A DNA stretch of 64,000 nt, from positions 96,777-160,776 of the forward strand of contig NIVC01001770.1 in assembly GCA_002269645.1 (NCBI GenBank), read 5' to 3'. A program made the position numbers and the translations under genes. This DNA is from Macrostomum lignano. Taxonomy: Eukaryota. A model generated the notes under the pieces. It was not told the origin of the DNA and searched no databases. It worked only from the letters and a program-made list of their open reading frames with translations. Shown here piece by piece: positions 25,499 through 39,400 of this stretch. Each line of letters opens with the position of its first letter. Within the stretch, counting starts at the first letter, position 1.

Positions 25499-25666
25499 TC
25501 TCAGCAGCACCCGAGAGCGCCTCACGAGCTGTTCCTGCCGCCTCCTTACCACCTGCTGCCAAGGCCCCCCTGCTTCTGGCCGCCCGCCATGCTGCCGCCG
25601 CCGCCACAGTCGCTGCCGCTGCCGCCGCCACCGACGACGCCGCAGTCGGGTTTTGAAGACAAATGA
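22417..25666 (+). CDS. DMRT: Doublesex/mab-3-related transcription factor with DM and DMA domains (Dmrt93B-like), 2 exons, 481 aa
   Basis: Exons 22417-23008 (cacg|gtgagt) and 24813-25666 (ttttccag|aa), phase 1 matches, total 1446 nt. DM domain [59 protein letters not shown]; DMA-like [37 protein letters not shown]; AATAAA at 25974-25979. The subfamily call comes from recalled signatures (SWLKGHKR, ALKRQQxxEDA), not from a tree. Confidence 0.95.
23030..23500. repeat. 12-bp minisatellite at the start of the DMRT intron
   Basis: Unit TCTACCCCACTG with degenerate flanks. Confidence 0.93.
23766..23779. promoter_or_regulatory. RFX X-box-like motif in the DMRT intron
   Basis: GTTTCCATGGCAAC is close to the canonical X-box palindrome GTTGCCATGGCAAC; function not shown. 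Confidence 0.4.
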
Positions 25667-25740
25667 GAGTAGACAAATGAGAGTAGACAAACGAGAGTAG
25701 ACAAATGAGAGTAGACAAATGAAAGTAGACAAATGAGAGT
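25657..25740. repeat. 14-bp repeat (6 copies) whose first unit contains the DMRT stop codon
   Basis: AGACAAATGAGAGT repeated; the first copy encodes D-K-stop. Confidence 0.93.
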
Positions 25741-26139
25741 CCAGCAATGGAAGCTCACAGTCAGAGCTGTTTCTGTTTTATGAAGTTTTTTAACAATTTG
25801 TCTTTTTGCGTTGCCATGCTGTTGTTGACTGAGACGCGGCCGTTCATTTTTTAATTTTAGCCATTCTTATTATCATTATTAGTTTGTGCAATTTGTTTCT
25901 TTATTAACTCGATCTTGCAAACTTACTAACAATAATTTACTAATCTCATTATGCAATTTATGCCAATTGGCAGAATAAATACTTCATATATGTATCTAGT
26001 CTCCGCTGGGAACATTGCTATAGCTTGAAAATAACAAAATAAAATTTTTGGATTTTGCGCTTTTCACTTTTTAAAAAGACAATTCTCAAAATTACTAGCA
26101 AAATCACTAATCTCATCTTCTACACTTTTCACCTAACGA

Positions 26140-26300
26140 CACTTCTCCTTGCTCATTTCTGACCGGCAATTCTCATCCCTGACCGGCACTTCTCATCCCT
26201 GACCGGTAATTCTCATCCCTGACCGGAAATTCTCATCCCTGACCGGCACTTCTCATCCCTGACCGGTAATTCTCATCCCTGACCGGAAATTCTCATCCAG
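26140..26300. repeat. 20-bp minisatellite
   Basis: Unit TTCTCATCCCTGACCGGCAC with variants. Confidence 0.9.
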
Positions 26301-27654
26301 GACCCTTCTCATCGAAGACATTGTCTCATTCATGACGCTTCTCATATCTGACAGCAACTCAGTTTCCTTCTCGCAATCGTGCTCTCCTAGAAATTCCGGA
26401 TTTACATTTTCGACAAAGAGTCTCAAAGGTCTGATGTTTGAATAATTTAATTCGCACAGCCGGTGGCCACGCGAGAGATCAAGAGGATCAATCGGCAGCA
26501 CATATCCGGCATCAAGGAAGTTCAAACAATGGAATCGTTGCTGTGCCTAATCAAGACCACTTGCCCTTCCTGTAGGCCTGGGAAATGCTGATGCAGGACA
26601 CGCGGGCACGAGTCATTATGACTCTTGATTCTCATTCTATTCTTGTGCCTTTTTTCATTCCTACTCTTCTTGTTGTTTTTCCTCCTTTCTCACAGCATTC
26701 TCCAGAGGAGCTCAGCCCGTTTGCCGCCGCTGCGACCACCGCCGGCCGGCGGTCTCTAAACCCCCCCCCCTTGTTTGCCAGTTTGCCCAGCGTGACAAAG
26801 AAAGCTCTTTTCCAGCCTCTCCTCTCCATCGGGTCGCTATTGACTCTGCGGGATTGAAGGTTCTTTTTTTGATGAGGCAGTCCCAGCTTCCTATATCCTT
26901 CCATACTCTCTCTCTATCTCTCTCGGAAGCTGGAGTCTTGTCTTTCAAGTTGCTTTTTCCCGTTCCTGACCCACCAAGAAAGCTCGGCCGAAAGACCAGA
27001 GTTTCATTTCCTTCGCTTCCTCCAAGCTGTGCTTGACTCTCCTGATGACCAGTGCTTGGGTTTTTTCCTAGTTTCCCATCCCCCCCCCTAGAAAGGGGAA
27101 AAGAGTTGGTTGGGGGTTGCAGCCCAGATAAATAAACTTTCACTACTTAACAGAACTTGGCCCAGTCTGAGTTCGAGTCAATACGGCTCTCGAGCATATG
27201 TAGCTTTCAAACCCTTTAGTCATTGAAACTTGGCATTTGACGGACAGCTCTCTCTCTAACTCTCTCTCTCTCTCCCTCTCTCTCTCTCTCTCTCCCTCTC
27301 CAAAATCTTAAAAACTCCAATAGCTATGCTCAGACAAGCGGGATTTTGTGTGCTTGTGTCCGCTAGCGAATATACATCTGTTTGCTTTCTCTTGGTCATA
27401 AAATAAGCGAGAGCGAGGGCCGACTCTGAGCTAAGTTTTCAATTGAAGCTTGAAGACTGCTCAAGTTGTTGTCAATTTGGTGTCAGATTACAGCGGGGCA
27501 TCTGCGGCCCATATTGGTGTCGACCGTGAATTGAAATTCAAAGCGTTGAGACAATTTATATAAATTCAACGAACTCATTACAGCCGGTTAAACATTCTGA
27601 TAGAAGTATATTGTGAACACTTGTGAGTATTAATGTGTAGGAGCGTACACCCAG

Positions 27655-28250
27655 CGTAACCTGAAGCTTCGTGTTCGTGAAGCTTCGGGTTGGTGAAGCT
27701 TCAGGTTTTGGTGAAGCTTCGGGTTTTGGTGAAGCTTCGGGTTGGTGAAGCTCCTGGTTGGTGAAGCTTCGTGTTGGTGAAGCTTCGTGTTGGTGAAGCT
27801 TCGTGTTGGTGAAGCTTCGTGTTGGTGAAGCTTAAGGTTTTGGTGAAGCTTCGTGTTGGTGAAGCTTCGTGTTGGTGAAGCTTCGTGTTGGTGAAGCTTC
27901 GTGTTGGTGAAGCTTCAGGTTTTGGTGAAGCTTCGTGTTGGTGAAGCTTCGGGTTGGTGAAGCTTCGTGTTGGTGAAGCTTCGGGTTGGTGAAGCTTCGT
28001 GTTGGTGAAGCTTCAGGTTTTGGTGAAGCTTCGGGCTGGTGAAGCTTCGGTTTGGTGAATTTTCGGGTTGGTGAAGCTTCGGGTTGGTGAAGCTTCAGGT
28101 TTTGGTGAAGCTTCGGGCTGGTGAAGCTTCGGTTTGGTGAATTTTCGGGTTGGTGAAGCTTCGTGTTGGTGAAGCTTCGGGTTGGCGAAGCTTCGATTTG
28201 GTGAAGCTTCGAGTTTTGGTGAAGCTTCGGTTTGGTGAAGTTTCGGATTA
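27655..28250. repeat. 16/18-bp minisatellite with a palindromic core
   Basis: Unit GGTGAAGCTTCGTGTT; GAAGCTTC palindrome in nearly every unit. Confidence 0.95.
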
Positions 28251-28964
28251 GTTTTCGGATCAGCACAGGCGTAAATTTCATTTCGTTGATTTCGGGCAAA
28301 AGTCAAATTCAGAAAAGGCTGCAGTCGAACCACAGAAACTTTCAATTAAATTGATAATGTGCCACTAAATGCGGCATAGAGACAGATTTATGGACATCAG
28401 CATAGCGACTCGGATGACCCTCCCGAACCCCCAATAGATAATTGGCACGTGTTGACCAGAAACTGGGGGTTATTTATCATCAATAATTGACACCAGACCC
28501 TGGCAGTTTGGGATAGAAATCAAGGATGTGGGGCGGGGAGGGCAGGAAAGTTATCAGCATTATCGGGTGGAGGGGGTTGGAATCCCAATAGGGGAGAGGA
28601 AAGTTAATATAAAAAATGAAATAAAGGCGATGTAGAGTCTCGCCGAATTTCATAATTGAAGGGATCCGGTGTGGGGGGCCACGAAGACCCCCTGCTGTTG
28701 CTCAGGCTGTGGTAACAATGGGAGACTGCGCTAGCCGTAACCAGCACCAACTGTGTCGCCAGGCACTCGAGATGACTGGCATGCGGCGTTTCAGCAGACC
28801 GCACAGTCAGCATTGCGATAAAAACTGACTTTTTCATTTGGTTGAATTTTATCGCATATGGCTGGGATTGGCAAAACAATTTCAATAAAATGATTTGATA
28901 ATATTATCCTTTGTTGGTGCACTGGGTGCATCGAACTTCCGTGCTCGCCAGCTCAGGTTTGGCA

Positions 28965-29530
28965 CTACTGACACACCAGTTCGCCTTCCTGACACACAAG
29001 TTTGCCTTCCTGACACACTAGTTTGCCTTCCTGACACACTAGTTTGCCTTCCTGACACACTAGTTTGCTTTCCTGACACACTAGTTTACCTTCCTGATGG
29101 AAGATTAAGCTCCTGACAATAAATTTTAAGCTTTTGATATTACGTTTTAAGCTCCTAGTAATAGATTTTAAGCTCCTGACAATAGATTAATAGATTTTAA
29201 GCTCCTGAAAAAAATCTTACGCTTCTGACCATAAATTTTAAGCTCCTGACAATAGATTTACAGCTCCTTACAATAGATTTACAGCTCCTGACAATACATT
29301 TTAAGCTCCTGACAATAGATTTACAGCTCCTGACAATAGATTTACAGCTCCTGACAATACATTTTAAGCTCCTGACAATAGATTTACAGCTCCTGACAAT
29401 ACATTTTAAGCTCCTGACAATAGATTTACAGCTCCTGACAATAGATTTACAGCTCCTGACAATAGATTTACAGCTCCTGACAATAGATTTACAGCTCCTG
29501 ACAATACATTTTAAGCTCCTGACAATACTC
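28965..29530. repeat. Two adjacent 21-bp minisatellites sharing the core CCTGACA
   Basis: CCTGACACACTAGTTTGCCTT (28965-29095) and GCTCCTGACAATAGATTTACA (29105-29530). Confidence 0.92.
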
Positions 29531-30041
29531 GTAACCAAGCCGCGTGTGCAAAATAAACCAGAGATGATCATAGCTGCACTCCAAACACACAGAGAGAGCT
29601 GGGCTGAAGCAGGTCTGGGTTATATTCAAGCAAACATTCGATAAACTTCAGAAGATATTGCTTCTCAATTTATGTTAGTCTACCAATTCAATTCAACCAA
29701 CACAGGCCCAGTTCGCGATCTCGTTTCATTGCATAGTTTCAGTCCACAGTGGGAAAGAAAATCGAGGATAAAAATGAATGGGATTCGCTGCCCTCCCTAC
29801 AGGCTAAACAGCTGCGTCCGTTGAAATTACCGACAGATCAGTGCTCAAATCTGAGCATTTTTGTGTACCGCTAGAGAGAAATTGAATCACAGGGATTGAA
29901 ATTGCCCGGAAACAGTTGTGCAAAGGGGCGAACTCGACCGCAGCCGGATGCGCTGCCTAGCGACTTCCTTTCAGTGGCCAAGTGCTGGATCAATATTGTT
30001 GAAGCCTCAGCTGGAGGTCTGTAAAACAGAGAGATAGAGAG

Positions 30042-30740
<699 letters not shown>

Positions 30741-31299
30741 ACTACTACAAGCCAACAATAAATTGATGAAGCCACTGGTGAAGCTGAAGGACCAGAATCA
30801 GTCATGGCAATCTGACACCGTTGCCGTCCTACCGGAGAAGCTTAGACAGATAATTACCCAACGGGAACAGGTTGGTGGCAAAATGGTTTATTATTTCAAG
30901 CTCGTATTGATAAGAATTGCTAAACAGAAACTCGCTTTGGGCAACCGTTGATAAAAGCCCCCACCCGCACCCGAAAACTTATTTTCAGATTTTCTTTAAC
31001 TAGCTAGAATCTGCGGACAAAAGCTACTGACTGATATTGGGCCAATGTAAATATCTTGAACGGTAGAATTAAGAAGATTACAGATAGCTTTATTAGCTAA
31101 ATGGCTGGTTGCCGGCGAAGATTAGCGGCAAAAGTCGGCCTAAACAAAGGCGTTGGAACGAATCAAGGATTGATTTTGTATATATCTGCACGGGATGCGC
31201 GGCGTGATTAAGCGTCCCCTATCCGCTGCAGCCCTGCGCTCAAGAATAGTGTTAATATTGATTCTTTATAACAAGATATACTCTTCCAGCATTCCCAAA

Positions 31300-32222
31300 T
31301 TTCATCTGAGGCACCGCCATTTCATCTGAGGGAGTGCCATTTCATCTGAGGGAGTGCCATTTCATCTGAGGGAGTGCCATTTAATCTGAGGCACCGCCAT
31401 TTCATCTGAAGGACCGCCATTTCATCTGAGGTAGTGCCACTTGATCTGAGGTAGTGCCACTTGATCTGAGGGACCGCCATTTATTCTGAGGGGTTCCATT
31501 TCATCTGAAGGACCGCCATTTCATCTGAGGGACCGCCATTTCATCTGAGGGACCGCCATTTCATCTGAGGGACCGCCATTTCATCTGAGAAACCGCCATT
31601 TCATCTGAGGGACCGCCATTTCATCTGAGGGACCGTCATTTCATCTGAGGGACCGCCATTTCATCTGAGGGACCGCCATTTCATCTGAGGGACCGCCATT
31701 TCATCTGAGATAGTGCCACTTGATCTGAGGGACCGCCATTTCATCTGAGGTAGTGCCACTTGATCTGAGGGACCGCCATTTCATCTGAGGTAGTGCCACT
31801 TGATCTGAGGGACCGCCATTTCATCTGAGGGACCGCCATTTCATCTGAGGGACCGCCATTTCATCTGAGATAGTGCCACTTGATCTGAGGGACCGCCATT
31901 TCATCTGAGATAGTGCCAATTGATCTGAGGGACCGCCATTTCATCTGAGGTAGTGCCACTTGATCTGAGGGACCGCCATTTCATCTGAGGTAGTGCCACT
32001 TGATCTGAGGGACCGCCATTTCATCTGAGGGACCGCCATTTCATCTGAGGGACCGCCATTTCATCTGAGATAGTGCCACTTGATCTGAGGGACCGCCATT
32101 TCATCTGAGGTAGTGCCACTTGATCTGAGGGACCGCCATTTCATCTGAGGTAATGCCACTTGATCTGAGGGACCGCCATTTCATCTGAGGTAGTGCCACT
32201 TGATCTTAGGGACCGCCATTTT
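31300..32222. repeat. 20-bp minisatellite with alternating variants (40-bp dimer)
   Basis: GGGACCGCCATTTCATCTGA alternating with GGTAGTGCCACTTGATCTGA. Confidence 0.95.
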
Positions 32223-33439
32223 TTCTCACCCGCATTGCTGGCTCCGCGGTCACCCTTTCACCCACTCTTTCACCCACTCTTTCACCCATTTTTTCTTGTT
32301 TAGCTTCAACCTACCTCGAAAGTCGCCAATGGAAGGCTGGAAGTTGAATCTGTATCCCAGAACTTGAGTCCGCAGGGGGGGGGGTCACCCGTCCCCCTCA
32401 ACACGGTAAACTGAGCGAGTGGACACTGCGAGATTGACTTAAGAAGCGAAAATCAAATCAGTGCATACATCTTATCGCCCCTCTGCTATCATATTTCGGC
32501 TCAATTTGAATTAACTCAGAGACCGCCACTGGCGCATGTAGAGGCTTAAGCAAGCACTAAGGGCTTCAATTGGCAAAGGTTTCCTCTTGGAGGCCCCCCC
32601 CCCGACATGTTTGCCGAGCCGGTATCGCTTACACTATTGAGTTCTTCAGCTGGCCCAAAGGATGATGGCTGGACCCTGCGGGGCGCGCTCGCATTTAATC
32701 TTGGGATTTCCAGGAAAAGCCAAACTTAAAAAACAGCGAGCTTATACCCTCTCGCTAATAAAATATTCTTTGCTGCCCCCGCCATCTCAGCCATAATACA
32801 CCAGCGGCCCCCATGGGGGAGCACAGGGGCTCGAGTTTCACTTCAGGAGAATTACAAAGTCCCTGCTATACTAGTGCCTGAAACAGCAACTACCAGTGCA
32901 GCCTACATAAACGCAACAACACCCCGAAACTCGCAATTCAAGTTCCAGTCTCCGCTCAGTTGGCGAATCGGATATTTTAGCGTAACTACTTACTAAGTAG
33001 CATATGCAGCGATAAAAATCTCATGATTTTCTATAACCCCGAAGCTATATCCTTACATGTTTCACTTTCCCTCGTGACCCTCGTGATTGTTCTATTTTTA
33101 GCAACCACCGCCGATTGACGTCAGATGAAATGGAGCGAAAAAGAATCAGTCGAGACAATTTATTAAATTTAAATTTAAATAATCTTTTTTGCCGAAGTCG
33201 CAACGTAAAATCTAATTAATAAAATTATATTGAGCACCTTTTAAATAATTCAGAAAAAGACACAATCAAAATAGTGGCAATACAAGCTATATTTTATTGC
33301 TAAGCCAAAATTATAGTTTGTAACGATCATAAAAGTACAAATGACGTTAATAGACAGAAAGTTGAAAGCACATTTAGCTGTCCTTGTTAGTAGTATATGC
33401 AGCTACATATACTACTGACACTAGTAGTGTTGCCGGTAA

Positions 33440-36400
33440 TCAGTAAGCAGTTGGCACCGTCAGCCGGTAGCTGGAGGTCCTGCTGGCCGCAGACAGCGGT
33501 GCCTGGGGCGGCGCGGCGCCAGCCGACTCCATCAGGCGGCGGGCCAGCGACTTCGGCAGGCGGGCCAGCAGGTGGTTCTTCAGTCGGCGAGCAGCCGCCG
33601 CCTCCTGCGACGGCCCGTCGTCGGGCAGGTGCAGCAGGGCGAAGGCGGCCACGCGCCAGTCCGAACTGTAGAAGCCCGGACAGCGGTGCAAGCGGGACAG
33701 CACCTGCGGGTACCGACAGCGACACCAACAGCATCACCGACAGCGTCACCGACAGCGACACCAACAGCATCACCGACAGCGTCACCGACAGCGCCACCGA
33801 CAGCGTCACCAACAGCGTCACCGACAGCGACACCAACAGCATCACCGACAGCGTCACCGACAGCGTCACCGACAGCGTCACCGACAGCGTCACCGACAGC
33901 GTCACCGACAGCGTCACCGACAGCGCCACCGACAGCGTCACCAACAGCGTCGCCGACAACACTGTCACAAACAACACTGTCACAAACAACACTGTCACAA
34001 ACAACACTGTCACAAACAACACTGTCACAAACAACACTGTCACAAACAACACTGTCACAAACAACACTGTCACAAACAACACTGTCACAAACAACACTGT
34101 CACAAACAACACTGTCACAAACAAAACTGTCACAAACAACACTGTCACAAACAAAACTGTCACAAACAACACTGTCACTAATCACCCACAATCAGTCGCT
34201 CACCTGGTCCGGACCCCTGGCCAGTATGGACAAGCAGGTGAGGGCCAGCTGCAGGCCGGCCGGCACGGGCATGAACTCGGACAGACAGAGCGCCAGCTGC
34301 TGCAGGCAGGCGAGCGACTCGCCCGGATCTCTGGCGTGCCAGTGCGACAGGCGGCACAGGAAGCCGATCTCGGCTGTGAGAGTTCGTTCCAGTGCGTTCT
34401 GCAGCGGGGCGGGAGGGTCGCGTATCTCACTTATCCAAATACTGCAGAGTGGGCCCATTTCTGACGATGAGAAAGTCAGGGTAGCCGTTGTACACCGTGT
34501 GTGAGCGTGCGTTTGCGTACGTTTTGTGTGTGTATGTGTGTAAGGTCAGAGGTCAGTGGAATGGGCATGACTGCTTGCCTCCTCGATGGCTGCGGTTCGA
34601 CTTTACCAACAACGTTTTTTACCTAGATAGAAAAGGTTCCACCTACACCTCTCTACCTACACCTCTCTACCTACACCTCTACCTACCTACACCTCTCTAC
34701 CTACCTACACTTCTCTACCTAAACCTATCTACCTACACCTCTACCTACCTACACCTCTCTACCTAAACCTATCTACCTACACCTCTACCTACCTACACCT
34801 CTCTACCTACCTACACCTCTCTACCTACCAACACCTCTCTACCTACCTACACCTCTCTACCTACCTACACCTCTCTACCAACACCTCTCTACCTACCTCT
34901 CTACCTACCTACACCTCTCTACCAACACCTCTCTACCTACACCTCTACCTACCTACGCCTCTCTACCTACACCTCTCTACCTAAACCTATCTACCTACAC
35001 CTCTACCTACCTACACCTCTCTACCTAAACCTATCTACCTACACCTCTACCTACCTACACCTCTCTACCTAAACCTATCTACCTACACCTCTACCTACCT
35101 ACACCTCTCTACCTACCTACACCTCTCTACCTACCTACACCTCTCTACCTACCTACACCTCTCTACCAACACCTCTCTACCTACACCTCTACCTACCTAC
35201 GCCTCTCTACCTACACCTCTCTACCTAAACCTATCTACCTACACCTCTACCTACCTACACCTCTGGACCTACACCTCTCTACCTAAACCTATCTACCTAC
35301 ACCTCTTTAAATACACATCTCTACCTACCTACACATCTACCTACCCCCTGAGTCAGACGCACTTAACCCACCTGAAAGGTGACCAGCTCAGCCTGATCAG
35401 GCAGATGCGGCTGCAGCAGCGGCAGGCTCTCTCTGCACAGCCGGTATTTGAAACTCGGCGCCAAGCGCAGCTTCGATTCATCGAGCGCGGCCGACAGAAA
35501 GGCCCGCGAATCGGCGCACTCGGCCAGCGGGTCAGCCGTCAAAATCGACGACCCGAAATCGTCGGCTTCGTCCGGCCCCTCGATGACCTCGAAGCCGGAG
35601 GCTTCGCCTGCCAGCGCCTCGCCGTCGTCGATGCAGTCGTCGTTGTCTTCGTCATCTGGCGAGAGCAGGCCGGCGTCGTCGGCGCCGCGGCGCCACAGCG
35701 CGTCGAGCAGCACCTGCCGACCGAGAGGCCCGGCGCCCGTGCCGCCGCGGCTGGCCGACAGTCCTTCCAGCAGCCGGCGCCAGCAGCTGTCCTGCGGAGT
35801 AGATAAGAGGCAATCTACCTTATCTACTTTATCTACCTTATCTGCCTTATCTACCTTTTCTACTTTGTCTACTCTACCGGTATTTATCTTATCTACTCTA
35901 TCTAATTTATATACCTTATCTACTTTATCTCCTTATCAGATGAAATTTTATTATTAAACTAACAATAATGACTGCACAAGGTCAAAAGCTACATCTAGTT
36001 TTGGCACATTATGTCTATGTAGAAGGGGCAATTGGAGAAAAAGCTCACGGGGGACGCTGATATCTTAGGCTAGATAACTGGCTTTCAGGGCTGATGCTGT
36101 TTTTTCTTTAAACATCATATAGTTCATTCAAAGAAAGTTATTTATTTCTCTTTTGCATCCCCAACGGGGGGCGTTGATGGCTAGTCCATATACTAAAAAC
36201 GGTTTGTCGGTAGGTATAGGTATGTAATCCAGAGCTCGCAAATCACTACAAGCATTTAAGCTCAATTTTGTAGCCACTAAAAAAAGCACACCTTCAATTC
36301 CGACTGAGGCCGCTCGACAAACGAGATGTCCGCGAAAAGCTCACCAAAGCTAGTCTCAACGGCCAGGTCGGGCCCGATGAACACCGGGCCGCTTCGGTCA

Positions 36401-39400
36401 CCTCGACGCGATGGGTCGGCGAGTTCGGAGGCGTAGCAGCCGAGGCACAGACGGTATTGCACCTGCCACGGGGAGAGATATGATTTAAACATAAAAACAC
36501 TATTTATGGATCCGAAAATTTAAATTGGTAAATTTTTATTGCCTATTTCAAGACATTAGTCAGTTGCTTGCCGAGTTTGCAGAGCGGCCTACAAGGGTTT
36601 TAGACTAGTGGTTAGAGCGTTGGACTTATGACTGGAAGGTCGGGGGTTCGATTCTCGACACACTCGAAACATTTTGTGTTATGGAGCAAGACACTTAACT
36701 CTGCATTGCTTCAGTTCACCAGCTGTAAAATGGGTGCCAGCATTGGCTGAGGCAATTGAGGGTGTGTGTGGTGACCCCCCCCCCCCAGTCCTTGGACTGA
36801 ACAGCCGTACGCAGCCTTCAGATGCACCGCGCAATAGCTGCGGCTGACTTGTCGGTTGCACATCTGGCCCATTGGGGCAGTGCAGATATAATCAATTATA
36901 ATTATTAGCAGTTGCTACTACCGCGAGATTAACTGCAGTTATTTCACAGCCCAGAATCGACAGACTCTGACCTGCGGAAATTCTTGACGCAACCGACGCG
37001 TCACCAGCGACACGAGCAGCTGGCGGAGCGCCAGGCCGATCCGGATGTCCGGATTAGACAGCAGAGTCCTGAGCAGCAGCCAGGCTGGCTGATTCGAGTC
37101 CAGGGCGGATGAAACGGTTGGGGAGAAGCCGGCGACAGCGGATGCCGGCCTCAGGCTCATCTGGAGGCGGGATGGATCGGATGGAGGGTGCAAACTGCTA
37201 GAGGCAACTTGGGATCTGGGAGGCTGGGACAGTAACTGAGGATATGGGAGGCTGGGACAGTAACTGAGGATATGGGAGGCTGGCCCAGCAACCGAGGATC
37301 TGGGAGGCTGGCCCAGCAACTGAGGATCTGGGAGGCTGGCCCAGCAACTAAGGATCTGGGAGGCTGGCCCAGCAACTAAGGATCTGGGAGGCTGGCCCAG
37401 CAACTAAGGATCTGGGAGGCTGGCCCAGCAACTAAGGATCTGGGAGGCTGGCCCAGCAACTAAGGATCTGGGAGGCTGGCCCAGCAACTAAGGATCTGGG
37501 AGGCTGGCCCAGCAACTAAGGATCTGGGAGGCTGGCCCAGCAACTAAGGATCTGGGAGGGCGGCACTGACACAGCCCGAGGATCTGGGAATTCACCAGCA
37601 GGTGCAACAGTCTGGCAGCGAACCCGCCGCCGTCATTCAGCCGGGCCAGCTCGGCCAGCAACCGCCGCCGGCTGATGGGGAAACGGCCGACCAGCAGCGG
37701 CGGCCGCCAGCCCCGCCCAGCCGACAGAATCTGCAGCCCGCTGGCCCCGCCAACGACGTCCGGGCAGTGCGAGTCCAGCAACAAATCGGCCGGCCCGAAG
37801 ATCGGCCAGTCGAGTCGCAGCGTCACCGGCAGCGGCAGCGCGCCGGGATTGGCGTTCACAACGCACACAGCCGCGTTGCCAATGAAAACAAATACGAAAC
37901 CGTTGCTTAGCAACCAGCGCAGGCGAAGGCTATGTCGATTGTTGTCCGCGTCGCTGAGGTTGCTGTCAAGCGGAGTTTGCGGCGTCTCTTTGGCTGGCCA
38001 GAAACATGAGAACACGCAGCGGTTCGGCAATATAAATACCTGTTGCCATGAAGGTTTGGGGTTAGGGTAGATTTCAACAAATTTCCTTCTCAAGACACCT
38101 CAAGACAACCTAAGACCCCTTCTTAAGACACCTCAAGACTCCTCCTTAAGATACTTCAAGACATCTCAAGACACCTCAAGACACCCCAAGACCCCTCCTT
38201 AAAACACCTCAAGAGCCACCTTAAGACAAATTAAGACACCTCAAGAAAACTCAAGACACCTCCTCAAGACACCCCAAGACCTTCCTTACGACACCTTAAA
38301 ATATCTTAAGACACCTCAATATACCTCCAGACACCTCAAGACAACCCCAAGACCCTCATTAAGACACCTAAGGACACCTCAAGACACCCCAAGATACTCC
38401 AAGACACCTTACGACACCCCAAGATACCTGAAGACACCCCAAGATACCTGAAGACACCCCAAGATACCTGAAAACACCTTAAGACACCCAAGACACCTCC
38501 TTAAGACACCTCTTCAAGCAACCTGGAGCAATCCTCACAAGCAAGCTCCAAAATCAGCAATCAACAGCACAAAACTGCCAGGCACTTCAGCTATACTTGC
38601 CTTGAACAGCCAGTCGATGCCGGAGCCGGCGCAGCCATCGACCAGCATCACCAGATGATCGCCGGCCGTCGGCATGGCGCAGCCGGCCACCAGCCCGGTG
38701 CACTGCCAGCTGTAAGCCAGCACCTGCTGGGCGGTGGCGCCAGGCACAGCTGGAGAAAAATGCCGGCCAAGATGGCCAGCCCGGATGCTCAACTGGATGG
38801 GGAAAGTGCACACAATTGAGTAAACTAGCCGATTAGCTGAGCAGTGCAAGCTGGTGAAGGTGAACTGGTGCACGTCGCCATAAAACGAATCAATGTGCAG
38901 CAGGAACAGGCTGCGATTCACCGGGCAGTACTGGCAGCAGATCACGTGCTTCTTGACTACCTGATGCAGCTGCTGCATAGCCGTATTGCCAGCTGATTCA
39001 TCCAGCTGATGCTGACTCGATAATTGTGTGTTGAATTTTTTCAGCTCTACCGTGCCACGACCGTTGCTGCGTTTGTGTTGGGGAAATGAGAATGGGCCGC
39101 TCAGAATCGCTAAACTACTCATGGGGAATCGCAAAACTACTCATGGGGAATCGCAAAACTACTCAGGGGGAATCGCTAAACTACTCAGGGGAATCGCTAA
39201 ACTACTCAGGGGAATCGCTAAACTACTCATGGGAATTGCTAAACACTCACGGGGGATGGCCAAACTACTCACGGGGAATCGCTAAACTACTCAGGGGAAT
39301 CGCCAAACTACTCACGGGGAATCGCTAATCTTATTCACGGGGAATCGCTAATCTTACTCACGAGGAATCGCTAAACTACTCAGGGGAATCACCAAACTAC

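Noticed and set aside
28604-28885. 93-aa minus-strand ORF in a unique GC-richer patch
   Set aside because: No motif and no convincing splice partners.
33397-34504. Plus-strand 355-aa and 310-aa ORFs resembling mucin or ice-nucleation repeats
   Set aside because: They are antisense to GSAP exons 7-8 and made open by stop-free intronic repeats.
36595-36665. Possible tRNA gene
   Set aside because: The A/B boxes continue into a 250-nt body with an AT-rich tail and a second diverged copy, so it is a SINE rather than a tRNA.
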